From contig CAVTUQ010000026.1 in assembly GCA_963737905.1 (NCBI GenBank), positions 224,001 through 288,000 of the forward strand: DNA of 64,000 bases. The letters run 5' to 3'. Position 1 is the stretch's first letter, and each line of letters starts with the position of its first letter. The notes beneath the pieces were generated by a model that was not told the origin of the DNA, did no database searches, and saw nothing but the letters and a program-made list of their open reading frames with translations. A program made the translations under genes and the position numbers. Source of the stretch: an uncultured delta proteobacterium (GTDB lineage Bacteria > Desulfobacterota > Binatia > UBA9968). Positions 9,834-20,318 of this stretch are shown here, piece after piece.

Positions 9834-9865
9834 AGAGAATTAAAAGTAATCTTGCTGAATCTCAA

Positions 9866-9929
9866 CGTTCAAAACGTTCAAATCGTTCAAGTAGTTCAAG
9901 ACGTTGAACGGCTTGAACGTTTTGAACGG
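9866..9929. repeat. GTTCAA 9-bp tandem/inverted repeat cluster
   Basis: CGTTCAAAA CGTTCAAAT CGTTCAAGT AGTTCAAGA followed by inverted TTGAACG x3. Confidence 0.8.
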
Positions 9930-9969
9930 AGCCGCTCGCACTGCGAGGCGGCGTCCTAAGGAGGAGAAC

Positions 9970-11079
9970 ATGAACATTCAACAAGAATTCGAAAATCGCA
10001 TAGTGAATGTCCGGCAAGCGATGCGCGAAAAGGGACTGCAAACCCTTCTCGTTTTTGACTCTGGACGCCACAATTTCTTGCGCATGAATTATATTGCCTA
10101 TCTCACGGATTTTATAAGCGTTGGACCGGAAACGATGTTGATGCTGCCGCTGGAAGATGAACCGAAGCTTTTTCTCTCTCCGGTTTGGGACATGGAGCGG
10201 GCGAAGGAAGAGTCCTGGGTCAAGAATGTTCAGCCCTGGGATCATCTTCGGAATCGATTAAATAATCACATTGGCAAAGTGGGATTGATTGGTCGAGAGG
10301 CGATGAACATCGATTGTCACGATGAACTAGTAAGAGCACTGAATCAAACGCCTGTTAACGCTAAGGATATACTGGAAAACATGGCGCGGCGGAAAAGCGA
10401 ATTCGAACTGGAACGGCTCCGTAGGGCCGCGACAATCGCCGACGCCGGCGTGCAAGCGCTGCATGAAGATGCCCGCATTGGTCTGAAGGAGTTCGAGCTG
10501 GCGGCGATCGTTGAGTACAAGATGCGCTCGCTAGGGGCCGAGGATAATTTCGGCATGGTGGTAGCAAACAATCATAATCAGGCATTGCATCCGCCAACGG
10601 ATAGAGTTGTCCAATCCGGAGATATCGTCATCGGCGAGATTACCCCATGTATCGGCGGATTATTCGTGCAGATTTGCCGTACGATGGTTCTGGGAAAGCC
10701 TGCTCCGGCGGTCGATGAGAAGTACGCCATACTCAAAAAGGCGATGGGGCTTGGATTGGACGCGGCGAAAACCGGCGCGCCAGCGAGAGACGTCGCGATC
10801 GCCATCAACGAGACTTTCGTGGAAGCGGGCTACGAGAAATATTGCCGGCCACCGTTCATGCGGGTACGCGGCCACGGTCTCGGCTGCGGTTCGTCTGCAC
10901 CGGGCAACCTGGAAGATGAGAATAAGACGAAACTAGAACAGGGCATGACCTTCATCATTCATCCAAATCAGTATATTCCCGAAACCGGATATATGACCTT
11001 GGGCGATACCGTCGAAATGACACAATCAAAAGCCGAGGCTCTGACGCGCTCTTCCTGGGATCTCTACGTGAAAGAATAA
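9970..11079 (+). CDS. M24 / creatinase-like hydrolase
   Basis: GAGGAG RBS; creatinase N-domain plus pita-bread domain ('RKSEFELERLRRAA', 'RGHGLG'). Confidence 0.85.
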   Translation: MNIQQEFENRIVNVRQAMREKGLQTLLVFDSGRHNFLRMNYIAYLTDFISVGPETMLMLPLEDEPKLFLSPVWDMERAKEESWVKNVQPWDHLRNRLNNHIGKVGLIGREAMNIDCHDELVRALNQTPVNAKDILENMARRKSEFELERLRRAATIADAGVQALHEDARIGLKEFELAAIVEYKMRSLGAEDNFGMVVANNHNQALHPPTDRVVQSGDIVIGEITPCIGGLFVQICRTMVLGKPAPAVDEKYAILKKAMGLGLDAAKTGAPARDVAIAINETFVEAGYEKYCRPPFMRVRGHGLGCGSSAPGNLEDENKTKLEQGMTFIIHPNQYIPETGYMTLGDTVEMTQSKAEALTRSSWDLYVKE

Positions 11080-11082
11080 CAT

Positions 11083-11113
11083 CCGTTCAAGTCGTTCAAA
11101 ACGTTCAAATCGT
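11083..11113. repeat. GTTCAA 9-bp tandem repeat
   Basis: CGTTCAAGT CGTTCAAAA CGTTCAAAT. Confidence 0.75.
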
Positions 11114-11122
11114 GAGGATAAA

Positions 11123-12283
11123 ATGATCTTTGGCCGCCACTCCGTACTGAAAAGAGGATGCTCCACCTGGGACAAACAACAAATGCCCCAGGAGGAGTAC
11201 CAGAGTCGTCTGGAAAGGGTTCGACAAGAGATGGCCCAACAGGGATTGGATGCATTGGTGGTCTACGGAGACAACTATGCCTATGCCGATCTCTGTTACC
11301 TTACGAATTACTTTCCCAAGGTCCGCGGCGGCATCGGCATTATCCCGCGTCGCGACCCAATATCGTTACTGTTGAATATTGGGAGTCGCGATGTTCCCTT
11401 CGCCAAGAGTCTCACCTGGGTTGACGATGTGCGCGCCTCGGGCCAACTGGGCCGCGACGGCGCTGAAGTGCTGAAAGAAAAAGGGTTTGCTCAATCGAGA
11501 GTTGGGTTGATGGACTCCGGTAAAGGGTTCCCGCTGCCTCAACTGGAAGAGCTGAAAGAGAGCCTGCCACAGGCCCAGTGGCAGCCCAGCCACTCGATGT
11601 TGCAACAGATGCGGCTGCAGAAAAGCGCGAGGGAACTGGTGGCTCTGCGTGAAGCGGGCCGGGTGCTCAACGAAATTTCTGACGGTGTGAGAGAGCTTAT
11701 CAAACCGGGGAGAAAAGAGTACGAAATCGTCGCCGACATCGACCGACTCGCCCGCGACAGAGGAGTGGAAGACATCCGTATCCTCGCCGGTGAGAAGCGA
11801 TTGCAAGCGCCGAGCTTCAAGATGACGGCGAGCGTGGGGAATCATTGGGCGGTTTACCTGGCGATACAGCATGAGCGTTATTGGGTGGAGGTCGGCCGCA
11901 CGTACATTTTGTCCGGCGACTCGAAACTCCAAAGCCCCTATCAGAAAGCCCAGGAGATTGTGGCGCAGATGGCTGCGCAGCTGAAGCCCGATAACTCGGT
12001 CAAGTCCATCGACGAAACGGCCCGGAAGCTGCTTGGAGAATTCTATGCGACCGCTGTTAACTACGGGCTCGGCAACGGCATTGGTCTCAACCAGTGGGAA
12101 GCGCCCTTCCTGAGTGAAGATGAGGCGCGCCAAGTCGGATCACCGTCGGCAGGTGCGACCCAGCTAAACGAAAACATGACTTTGGCGCTTCGGGTCGCGT
12201 TCGAGACCGGAGGAAAGCTCATTCTTTTCGGCGAGAGCTATCTAGTGACACCGGACGGGCCAAAATCTCTGTTGGAAAAATAG
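11123..12283 (+). CDS. M24 / creatinase-like protein, probably non-catalytic
   Basis: 'EEYQSRLERVRQEM', 'LQKSARELVALREA'; GNGIG replaces GHGIG. Confidence 0.8.
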   Translation: MIFGRHSVLKRGCSTWDKQQMPQEEYQSRLERVRQEMAQQGLDALVVYGDNYAYADLCYLTNYFPKVRGGIGIIPRRDPISLLLNIGSRDVPFAKSLTWVDDVRASGQLGRDGAEVLKEKGFAQSRVGLMDSGKGFPLPQLEELKESLPQAQWQPSHSMLQQMRLQKSARELVALREAGRVLNEISDGVRELIKPGRKEYEIVADIDRLARDRGVEDIRILAGEKRLQAPSFKMTASVGNHWAVYLAIQHERYWVEVGRTYILSGDSKLQSPYQKAQEIVAQMAAQLKPDNSVKSIDETARKLLGEFYATAVNYGLGNGIGLNQWEAPFLSEDEARQVGSPSAGATQLNENMTLALRVAFETGGKLILFGESYLVTPDGPKSLLEK

Positions 12284-12323
12284 CGCCCCTCGTGAAACCC
12301 AATCAATCCGAACTTGAAGATCC

Positions 12324-14367
12324 ATGAGAATCGCTGTTGATATCGGTGGAACGTTCACCGACCTGGTCGCCATCGACGATCAAGGACAAATCTATCGAAG
12401 TAAATCTCTGACCACGCCCGACGATCTTGCGCGCGGAATTCAAGATTGTCTAAACGCGGCAAAGATCCAAGTCTCGAAGGCAAACTTCTTCGTCCATGGC
12501 TCCACCGTTACCATCAATGCCGTGCTCGAGCGTAAAGGCGCGCGCACCGGCCTGATTACGACCAAAGGATTTCGCGATGTCTATGAGATCGGCCGGGGCA
12601 ACCGGCCGGAGGGCTACAATTTATTTTTCAAGCGCCCAGTGCCATTAGTTTCTAGGGACTTACGGATGGAAGTTGAGGAACGGCTTTATGCCACTGGAGA
12701 AGTCCTCAAACCTCTCGATGACATCGTCCGCTTCAGAAACTATCGAAACGCTCAGAGCAGCGCGGGTCGAAAGCGTCGCCGTATGTTTGCTTCACTCCTA
12801 CTCCAACCCGGCGCATGAAAAGCGGTTGGGGCAACTGCTGCGCCGGCAGTTTCCCGAGGCCTATGTGTCTCTGTCTCATGAAATTCTCCGCGAGTTCAGG
12901 GAATACGAGCGGACTTCGACAACGGTTCTTAATTCCTATGTGGGTCCCATCGTCAGTCGATATCTGGTTTCTTTGGAGAAGCTGCTCGGCGACACCGGTT
13001 TTCGGGGGACATTCCGAGTTATGCAGTCCAACGGCGGCGTGATGTCGGCGGAGATGGCGAAGAAAATGCCGGTGACGATGATGGAGTCGGGGCCGGTGGC
13101 GGGTGTTATTGCCGCAGCCCATATCGGTGAGTCGCTCAACTGTCATCACATCATTTCCTTCGATATGGGTGGGACCACAGCCAAGGCGAGTCTCATCAAA
13201 GACTTTCATCCTGAAGTCACAAGTAGCTATTATGTCGGCGGATACGTTTCGGGTCATCCGATGATGCTGCCGGTGGTGGATATCGTCGAAGTCGGTAACG
13301 GCGGGGGTAGCATCGCGTGGATCGATCCCGCGGGCGGGTTGAAGGTTGGGCCCCAGAGTGCGGGGGCGGCCCCCGGCCCGGCCTGCTACGGCCAAGGAGG
13401 CCGCGAGCCTACCGTGACGGACGCCAATCTGATCGTCGGACGGATCGACCCGGAATATTTTCTCGGCAGCGGGATTCGCTTGCAGCGTGACAAGGCGGCG
13501 CAAGCGATCACGGAGAAGATCGTCAATCCGCTCGGCTTGTCTCTGGAGGAAGCGGCGCTGGGGATTCTGACCATTGCCAATTTCAATATGTCCCTGGCGG
13601 TGCGGGCCGTGTCGGTGGAGAAGGGCTATGATCCTCGTGACTGTGTGCTGGTGCCCAGTGGCGGAGGCGGGGCGCTCCACGCAATGGCTATCGCCAGGGA
13701 ACTTTCCGTCCCGCGGGTGATCATCCCGCCCATGCCGGCCTATTTCTCGGCGTTCGGTATGCTGGTCGCAGATCTCAAGCACGATTACGTGCAAACTTTT
13801 GTGCGGGAGTTGACTGAGACGACCGGAGTGGAATTGGCCGATGGCTTTGCCGCGCTCGAAAAATCGGCCGTCGAGACTTTGACTGAAGAAGGGGCAGGGG
13901 AGCCGCAGATTATTTTGCGGCGCTTCTTAGACATGCGTTATCGCGGGCAGGAATACACTTTGCCGGTGCCGTTGACGGAAAATTTGCGGGCCATCGCTGA
14001 CTTTTCTCAGATTCGTGGGAGGTTCGATCAGCTTCATCAAGAGCACTACGGTCACTCGGCTCCCCATGAGCCGGTCATGATGGTCAACCTCCGGCTTTCA
14101 GCGCTCGGGAGATTCGAAAATCGGTTGCCCCTTTCTTCGCCGCATCAGGACGGTGACCAAGGTGAACGCGGCAAACGGCCCGTAATCTTCGACAACAATC
14201 GGCAAGCCGTCGATTGTCCGATCTATCTACGTAGCGGGTTCAAGGCCGGTGATCGGCTCGACGGCCCCGCGGTGTTCGAGGAACTGGGCGCGACGATTTT
14301 GCTTTATCCCGGCGACAGAATGCAAGTCAACGAATTCGGCCATCTCATAATCGACCTGGCTAATTAG
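12324..14367 (+). CDS. Hydantoinase A / oxoprolinase family protein (frameshift near 12720)
   Basis: 'VDIGGTFTD' in the first ORF and 'ESGPVAG', 'FDMGGTTAKA', 'SAGAAPGPACYG' in the second; the two ORFs join with one indel near 12720. Confidence 0.88.
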
Positions 14368-14416
14368 CGCAGATAGGCGATTCTGTTTTGGTTATTTTGT
14401 TCGACGAATAAAATAG

Positions 14417-14443
14417 AGATTCTTCGCTGCCGCTCAGAATGAC
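14417..14443. repeat. REP-like palindrome
   Basis: AGATTCTTCGCTGCCGCTCAGAATGAC, between convergent genes. Confidence 0.45.
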
Positions 14444-14462
14444 TCAGGGTATCAACTTAATT

Positions 14463-15416
14463 CTATTTTACGCCCAGCTCGTTGTTCACCTCGCGCTGCA
14501 GCGCGAAATCAAAAACGGCAGCGCTTTTTGCTGCGGTCTTTAACTTTAGAAACTGCGCGTCGGCTCTTAGGTTTTCTTCAACTTCTTTGTCGGTGGGAAT
14601 GCTATTCCGTGTAAAGGCAGGGCGGCTGAAGCGGTAGGTTTCAAGCGCGATTTGTTGACTGACGTTGAGGACCTTCGCAAGGATCTCCGCCGAGCCCTTC
14701 TCGTTGGTTTGAAAATATCGGTTGGCTTTTGTCAGGGCGCGAAGCGTGCGCTTGATGAGAACTGGTTTTTCCTGCATTGCTTTCTCCGACACGATCAGGC
14801 CCGATATGAAATTGACGTATTCATCGCTCATGGAAGCGAGCAGATTAAGTTTATAACGATCGCGAGCGACGAAAACGGTGGGCGGAGAGAGAACGGTAAT
14901 GTGCACGGGTCCTGAGACCTGTGCCTGCAGCTGGGCCGGCACGTCGCCGGAAACCATGCTGGTAATCTCCGTTGTCGGGTCGATGCCTCCCTTTCGTAGC
15001 ATGTGAAACCCGGCAAGTTGCTGGCTGCCGCCGATGGTGGTCACCGCCATGGTTTTGCCTTTGAGCTCGCTGAAGGTTTTTAATTCCGGCCGCGTGACCA
15101 ACCAAAAAAGCGGCAATTTTTGATTCACCGCCAGCACCTTCAGCGGAAGCCCTTGGATGATGCCGCGGATGGCTGTGCCCATGATGTGGATGGCCTCGAC
15201 GTCGCCCGCTACGGCGGCGGCGATGGCGGTGGTTCCGCGGGTCAAAATGAGCTGCGGCTCCAAGTTTTCCTCTTTGAAGAAACCGCGATCGTTGGCGATG
15301 AAGGCCATAATGGCTGAGATCGAACGGCTCGCGTACGTGATGCGGACGCGGTCGTCCGCCTGAGCCGAATGTGCAAGGCCGCAGGATAGCAGCAGCACAA
15401 AGAAGATTTTCTTCAT
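14463..15416 (-). CDS. ABC transporter substrate-binding protein, NitT/TauT/SsuA-like
   Basis: Signal peptide; 'GFFKEENLE', 'ELKGKTMAVT..GG'. Confidence 0.88.
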   Translation of the reverse strand: MKKIFFVLLLSCGLAHSAQADDRVRITYASRSISAIMAFIANDRGFFKEENLEPQLILTRGTTAIAAAVAGDVEAIHIMGTAIRGIIQGLPLKVLAVNQKLPLFWLVTRPELKTFSELKGKTMAVTTIGGSQQLAGFHMLRKGGIDPTTEITSMVSGDVPAQLQAQVSGPVHITVLSPPTVFVARDRYKLNLLASMSDEYVNFISGLIVSEKAMQEKPVLIKRTLRALTKANRYFQTNEKGSAEILAKVLNVSQQIALETYRFSRPAFTRNSIPTDKEVEENLRADAQFLKLKTAAKSAAVFDFALQREVNNELGVK

Positions 15417-15557
15417 TTGAAGCTCCTGTCTTATGGCGATCTAGAGGGAACGCCCATCCGTTTAACAAGGGCTACCTTGAATTGCAATGGAGTCGTACGC
15501 TATAAAAGCCAAGCCGCCAAAAACAAAGAAATTTCTGTTTGATAACGGAGGGCAGTC

Positions 15558-16340
15558 ATGGGCGTGGAGACAACGACGGGCTACGAACTTCTCTATGATA
15601 TTATTCGGCGCAGATCGAGTATTCGCAAGCTAAAGCCGGATCCGATTCCAGAGGAATACATCAACAAGGTCCTGGAGGCGGGCCGGTGGGCGATGTCCGG
15701 AGCCAATTCGCAACCCTGGGAATATATCGTGGTCAAGGATCCCAAAGTGAAGAAGGATCTTTTTCGTTGCTACGCGGAGGTCAATACGGATTTTATTTAT
15801 TGGATGGAGCAGCAGCGTGTCTTCGAGCTCAGGCATCCCGCCTATCAGATGACGGCAGACAAAGCCGTTGAGCAGCAACGGCGCGGCACCGGTTGGTCTG
15901 AAGCGCCGGCGCTCATCGTGGTTGTCGGTGATGGCCGGCGCCAATGGGGCACGGTGCAAGGCGCTCATACCTTTGGCCGGGATCAGTCGCATCTCACGGA
16001 TGGCTTGGCCAATACCTGCACCTTGATGCATTTGGCTGCGGCCTCCCTCGGACTCGCTACCCAATGGGTGAGCATTCACGTCCAAGAACCTTTCAAGAAA
16101 GTTCTGGGCGTGCCGGACCTCATGATGTTGTATCTCATCATCCCCGTCGGCTATCCCGCGGTGGAGCCGTCCGAAGGCGTGCGGCGTCCGCTGGACGAGA
16201 TCGTTCACCACGATCACTACGACGAGTCGAAGTTCATGAGCAATGAGCGGGTCATTCAGTTTCTCTATGAGCTGCGCGGCAAGACTTTGCAGACTTACCG
16301 CCAGTCCTATGTAGGTAAAGACCCGCTCAAGAACGATTAG
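15558..16340 (+). CDS. Nitroreductase family protein (copy 2)
   Basis: Close paralog of 7270-8052 (identical 'GDGRRQWGTVQGAHTFGRDQSHLTDGLAN'). Confidence 0.9.
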   Translation: MGVETTTGYELLYDIIRRRSSIRKLKPDPIPEEYINKVLEAGRWAMSGANSQPWEYIVVKDPKVKKDLFRCYAEVNTDFIYWMEQQRVFELRHPAYQMTADKAVEQQRRGTGWSEAPALIVVVGDGRRQWGTVQGAHTFGRDQSHLTDGLANTCTLMHLAAASLGLATQWVSIHVQEPFKKVLGVPDLMMLYLIIPVGYPAVEPSEGVRRPLDEIVHHDHYDESKFMSNERVIQFLYELRGKTLQTYRQSYVGKDPLKND

Positions 16341-16371
16341 GTGCGCCGTAGTTTGCGGAAAGGAGATCGCT

Positions 16372-18105
16372 TTGGCCCTGGATCCGATCACCGTGGAAAT
16401 CATTCGCTGCGCTCTGAAAGCAGCGGCCAACGAGATGTCGGCGGTGCTGAAAAAGACCGCCTATAACATGATGATCTACGAAGTGCAGGATTACTGCGTC
16501 AGCATCGTCGATCACCAGGGCAGGACGATGTCGCAGAATGAAGGCGCCTTGCCGATTTTTCTCGCCGATCTCGGCGTCGCGGTACAAGACGGCGTAGAAA
16601 TCTATGGACTGGAGAACGTTCATCGCGGCGATGTTTTTCTAGTCAATCACCCGGAGATCTGCGGCCAGCATCTCAATAACATGGTGGTCTACACGCCGTT
16701 CTTCTGGGAGTCCAAACTGGTTTGCTTCCTGGCGGTGCGCGCGCACTGGATCGACGTCGGCGGCGCCAGCACCGGCTTCGGATCGAGCATGACCCGGGAC
16801 GTATACGAGGAGGGGCTGCAAATTCGTTCCGTGAAGATTTACGCGGAAGGCAAACCGAATACCGAGATCTTGCGCTTGATCGAAGACAACATCCGATTCC
16901 CGGAATCTTCTTTAGGTGATCTTCGCGCGCAGATCGCCTGCTGCCGCACGGGAGAAGAGCGGCTCGAACAGATCTGCCGCAAGTATGGTGGGGCCGGGTT
17001 CCAAGAAGCGGTGGAAGTCATCTGGAATCAGACCGATAAGCTCGTGCGCGAAGCCGTGCGGGCGATTCCCGACGGAGTTTATGAGGCCTCGTCGTTTCTC
17101 GATGACGACGGCAAAGATTTTACCAAGACGCTTCCCATTAAGGTTCGGGTGATTGTTCGTGACGACGAGTTCACCATCGACTTCTCCGAGGTATGCGATC
17201 AGGTGCCGGGGTTTATCAATTGCGGCGCTTCGGGAGGCATGGCCGCGGCGCGCGTGGCCTTCAAGGCGCTCACCTCTCCCCGTCGGGAAGTGAACGAGGG
17301 TTCTTTTCGCGCCCTCAAGGTGATTCTTCCGCCGGGAAAATTGCTCAGCGCAAAGCGGCCCGCGCCCATCGGCGGCTGGAGTCTATCATTGCCGACCGTG
17401 CTCGATACGATCTTGCTGGCGCTGGCGCCTGTGCTCCCGGAGCGTATCCCCGCGGCTCACAAGGGCGACATGGGCGGTTACGCGATCTTCGGGACGCACC
17501 CGAAAACCGGACGACGTTATGTCTGTCAGAATATCATCGGCGGTGGTTGGGGCGGCCGCCCGTTCGAAGACGGGGCGTCTGCCGCAGTTTCCATGTGTCA
17601 GGGCGATGTGAAGAATACCCCGATTGAGTTGCAGGAACTCTATTATCCCTTGCTCTATGAACGCCATACCTTGCGAACTGACAGCGGCGGCGCGGGAAAA
17701 TTCCGCGGCGGCGTTGGCCTCGAAGTCAAAGTGAAACCACTACACGACCTTTTCATCAGCCGCAACACGGATCGGATTCAATGCCCGCCCTGGGGATTGT
17801 TGGGCGGCGCAGAGGGCGCAACCAACGCAACCTTGATCGAGCGCGATAACAAGGAAAAGATACTTCCAGGCAAATTCAGCCATCTTCTGGTGCGGCCCGG
17901 AGAGACGGTGACGTTGCTAACAGCCGGCGGAGGCGGACATGGCGATGCGGCAAGGCGCGACACTACCGCAGTGAACCGAGATGTTGCGTTGGGCTATGTA
18001 TCCAAGGAGCGGGCTAAACAAGATTACCCGCCGGCTTTTGACCGCACAACCATACCAGTTGAGCGTGATTCGCAAGTTCAACCTGCCACCTCGTCCAAAA
18101 CCTGA
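16372..18105 (+). CDS. Hydantoinase B / oxoprolinase family protein (copy 2)
   Basis: Paralog of 8053-9693; AAGGAG before the TTG start. Confidence 0.92.
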   Translation: MALDPITVEIIRCALKAAANEMSAVLKKTAYNMMIYEVQDYCVSIVDHQGRTMSQNEGALPIFLADLGVAVQDGVEIYGLENVHRGDVFLVNHPEICGQHLNNMVVYTPFFWESKLVCFLAVRAHWIDVGGASTGFGSSMTRDVYEEGLQIRSVKIYAEGKPNTEILRLIEDNIRFPESSLGDLRAQIACCRTGEERLEQICRKYGGAGFQEAVEVIWNQTDKLVREAVRAIPDGVYEASSFLDDDGKDFTKTLPIKVRVIVRDDEFTIDFSEVCDQVPGFINCGASGGMAAARVAFKALTSPRREVNEGSFRALKVILPPGKLLSAKRPAPIGGWSLSLPTVLDTILLALAPVLPERIPAAHKGDMGGYAIFGTHPKTGRRYVCQNIIGGGWGGRPFEDGASAAVSMCQGDVKNTPIELQELYYPLLYERHTLRTDSGGAGKFRGGVGLEVKVKPLHDLFISRNTDRIQCPPWGLLGGAEGATNATLIERDNKEKILPGKFSHLLVRPGETVTLLTAGGGGHGDAARRDTTAVNRDVALGYVSKERAKQDYPPAFDRTTIPVERDSQVQPATSSKT

Positions 18106-18272
18106 TTCGTCATTTCGATGTTTCGAGAATTCCAACGGAGGTTCGTAACTTCATCCGGCACCTGCCTCCTGTACTCAAATGTAAAGTTCGCGCCCCTCCG
18201 GTGGACATTCTCGATGAACCAAACTTGCGGAAAAGCACTCAAAGAGATACTGGAGTTTGCGCGTGGGAAGAA
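18102..18272 (+). pseudogene. Degenerate RelE/ParE-family toxin fragment
   Basis: Manual translation across frameshifts: RIPTEVRNFIRHLPPVLKCKVRA..DILDEP / TCGKALKE / YWSLRVGR, then truncated. Confidence 0.55.
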
Positions 18273-18330
18273 CTCAAAGGCTGTGTAAGCGCGCTTGTTA
18301 CCGTCGGAACAACTGCCCCTTCCGTGTCAT

Positions 18331-20016
18331 CTATGCAACGATCACGTCGATGATCGCTGGCTTGCCGCGACCGTTGGCTTCGAGGCCGCGCTTCAGCGCG
18401 TCCTGGAGTTTTTCCGGATCCGTTACCTGCTCGCCGTAGCCGCCAACGGATTCGGCGACCTTCACGAAGTCCGGCGCGTTGATGTGGGTGCCGTGGTAAA
18501 CGTCGGTCTCCGCCGCGATTCCGTCCGGATACATCCTGAGGTGCATGCCCTGCATTGCGGCGTATTTCTTGTTGTTAAAGATGACGGCCATGATCGGCAG
18601 GTTGTAATCGCGTGCAGCGCCGAGGCTCCCGAGCGCCGGGTTGTATAGGAACGCACCATCGCCGATCAAGGTCACGACCGGTCGTTGCGGCTTCGCCAGC
18701 TTGATCCCCAGCGAAAGGCCCAGCCCCTGTCCGAGACCGCCCTGGCGGGTGAACAGGCTCTGTGGCTTGTTCCATTCGAGGTGCTGGCGCAGTAGGGCGG
18801 TGTGGGTGGTGACCTCGTCGATATAGATCGGGTCGTCCGGCATCACCGCGTTCAGCGAGGCGCACAGCCAGGCCGGATCGATCGGCGTCTTCCTGCGCGC
18901 TTCGGCTTGCTGCGCGTCCCGTTTCTCGATCATCGCAGCGTGCGCCGCGGCGAGCTCCTTGCGTCTTGCCTCGACGGTGGCCTTGTCCGGCCTGGCCGCG
19001 TCGGCCAGATCGCGCAGTGTCTGCGCCACATTGCCTTCCAGGTACATGTCCGCCTGATGGCTCTGGTAGGCCATGGCCATGTTGTGCGGCGCCTCGTCCA
19101 CCATCGCGACGGCCGCCTTGGGCGGGCGGTTGCTCGGGGGATACCAGGGGGCGCGCGCGCGCACGACGATCGCGAGGTCCATGTCACGCCAGAACGGCTT
19201 GATGTCGGTTCCCTGATGGAGCGGGTGACTCTTGGGGAAGTTCGCGAACAGAGCGCCGGGCTTCTCGACCACCGGCAGGGCGAACTTATCGCAGAGCGCC
19301 ACCAGCGCTTCGTAGGTCTCGACCTCCTGGCCGGCGCCTTCGGTGAGCACGACCGGGTGCTTCGCTTTGGCAATCTGGGCAGCGAGTTTTTCGATATCCT
19401 CGGGAGCGGTGAGAATGCGCGGCGCGGGCGGAACGGCCCGCGGATTGGCCGGCGGTGTCCAGGCGTCCATCAGCGTTTCCGTCGAAACGGACAGATAGGT
19501 TGGGCCGGTCGGTTGCCGCTGCGCGAGCTCGCCGGCGCGGACGACGCTCTCATAGAGCGTGTGGACGCTGCCCGCCACCGAGGCATATTTGACAATGGAA
19601 TCGACCAGGTGGGTCGTGCCGCCCGCGATGCTCAGGTTGTTGATCCATTGGGCGCCGGGATCGAACTCCGGCTGCTCGCCGTAGGTCATCGACTCTCCGG
19701 AGATCACCACCATGGGCACGCCGGCGACAAAGGCGCCGTGGATGCCCATGGCGCCCTGCAGCAGGCCCGCGCCTGCATGCAGCAACACACCCTGCATCCG
19801 GCCGGTGGCCAGCGTGTAGCCCGCGGCCATGTCTACGGCGAGCGTTTCGTGCCACACATCCAGGAGCTTGGGGCCCTCCTTATGCCGATGGATCTGGTCG
19901 GCCATGGCTTCCCACACGGGCGCCCATTCGGTGCCCGGCGAGGACAAGATGTAATCGACTCCGAGCTTGCGGAATCCTTCGACTATGGCTTCGCCGCCGT
20001 CGAACTGGTTTTTCAT
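18331..20016 (-). CDS. Thiamine pyrophosphate-dependent enzyme (ALS / benzoylformate decarboxylase-like)
   Basis: 'SPGTE', 'HE' catalytic Glu motif, GDG...FNN TPP-binding motif. Confidence 0.9.
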   Translation of the reverse strand: MKNQFDGGEAIVEGFRKLGVDYILSSPGTEWAPVWEAMADQIHRHKEGPKLLDVWHETLAVDMAAGYTLATGRMQGVLLHAGAGLLQGAMGIHGAFVAGVPMVVISGESMTYGEQPEFDPGAQWINNLSIAGGTTHLVDSIVKYASVAGSVHTLYESVVRAGELAQRQPTGPTYLSVSTETLMDAWTPPANPRAVPPAPRILTAPEDIEKLAAQIAKAKHPVVLTEGAGQEVETYEALVALCDKFALPVVEKPGALFANFPKSHPLHQGTDIKPFWRDMDLAIVVRARAPWYPPSNRPPKAAVAMVDEAPHNMAMAYQSHQADMYLEGNVAQTLRDLADAARPDKATVEARRKELAAAHAAMIEKRDAQQAEARRKTPIDPAWLCASLNAVMPDDPIYIDEVTTHTALLRQHLEWNKPQSLFTRQGGLGQGLGLSLGIKLAKPQRPVVTLIGDGAFLYNPALGSLGAARDYNLPIMAVIFNNKKYAAMQGMHLRMYPDGIAAETDVYHGTHINAPDFVKVAESVGGYGEQVTDPEKLQDALKRGLEANGRGKPAIIDVIVA

Positions 20017-20089
20017 GGTTGGTCTCCCCGAATCGTTATTTTTTAGCGCGTATCATGTCACGGCTGAACCCGCAAGGCCGCTGCGCGGC

Positions 20090-20116
20090 GGTTCAAAGTT
20101 CAAGCCGTTCAATCGC
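20090..20116. repeat. GTTCAA repeat cluster
   Basis: GGTTCAAAGTTCAAGCCGTTCAATCG. Confidence 0.6.
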
Positions 20117-20318
20117 TCAGAGTGACTGCACCGTTGTCATAACGAGAGACGGAAAACAATCCGGAAGCGTCTGATTTCTACGTCTGGCCTCTCTGGCTAG
20201 CGATATTTGTCGTCAAAAAGTTGGAATCCTTGGCGCGAGCGGCGGCGCTTTCGTGGTTTCGACTTCCGGGTTTAGGGTGCGACAATCTCTCCAGTCTTCA
20301 AAACATCTCCGACTCGCC

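Noticed and set aside
9866-9929. Periodic GTTCAA repeats as a possible CRISPR array
   Set aside because: Units are 7-9 bp with no unique 25-45 nt spacers, and there are no cas genes in the window.
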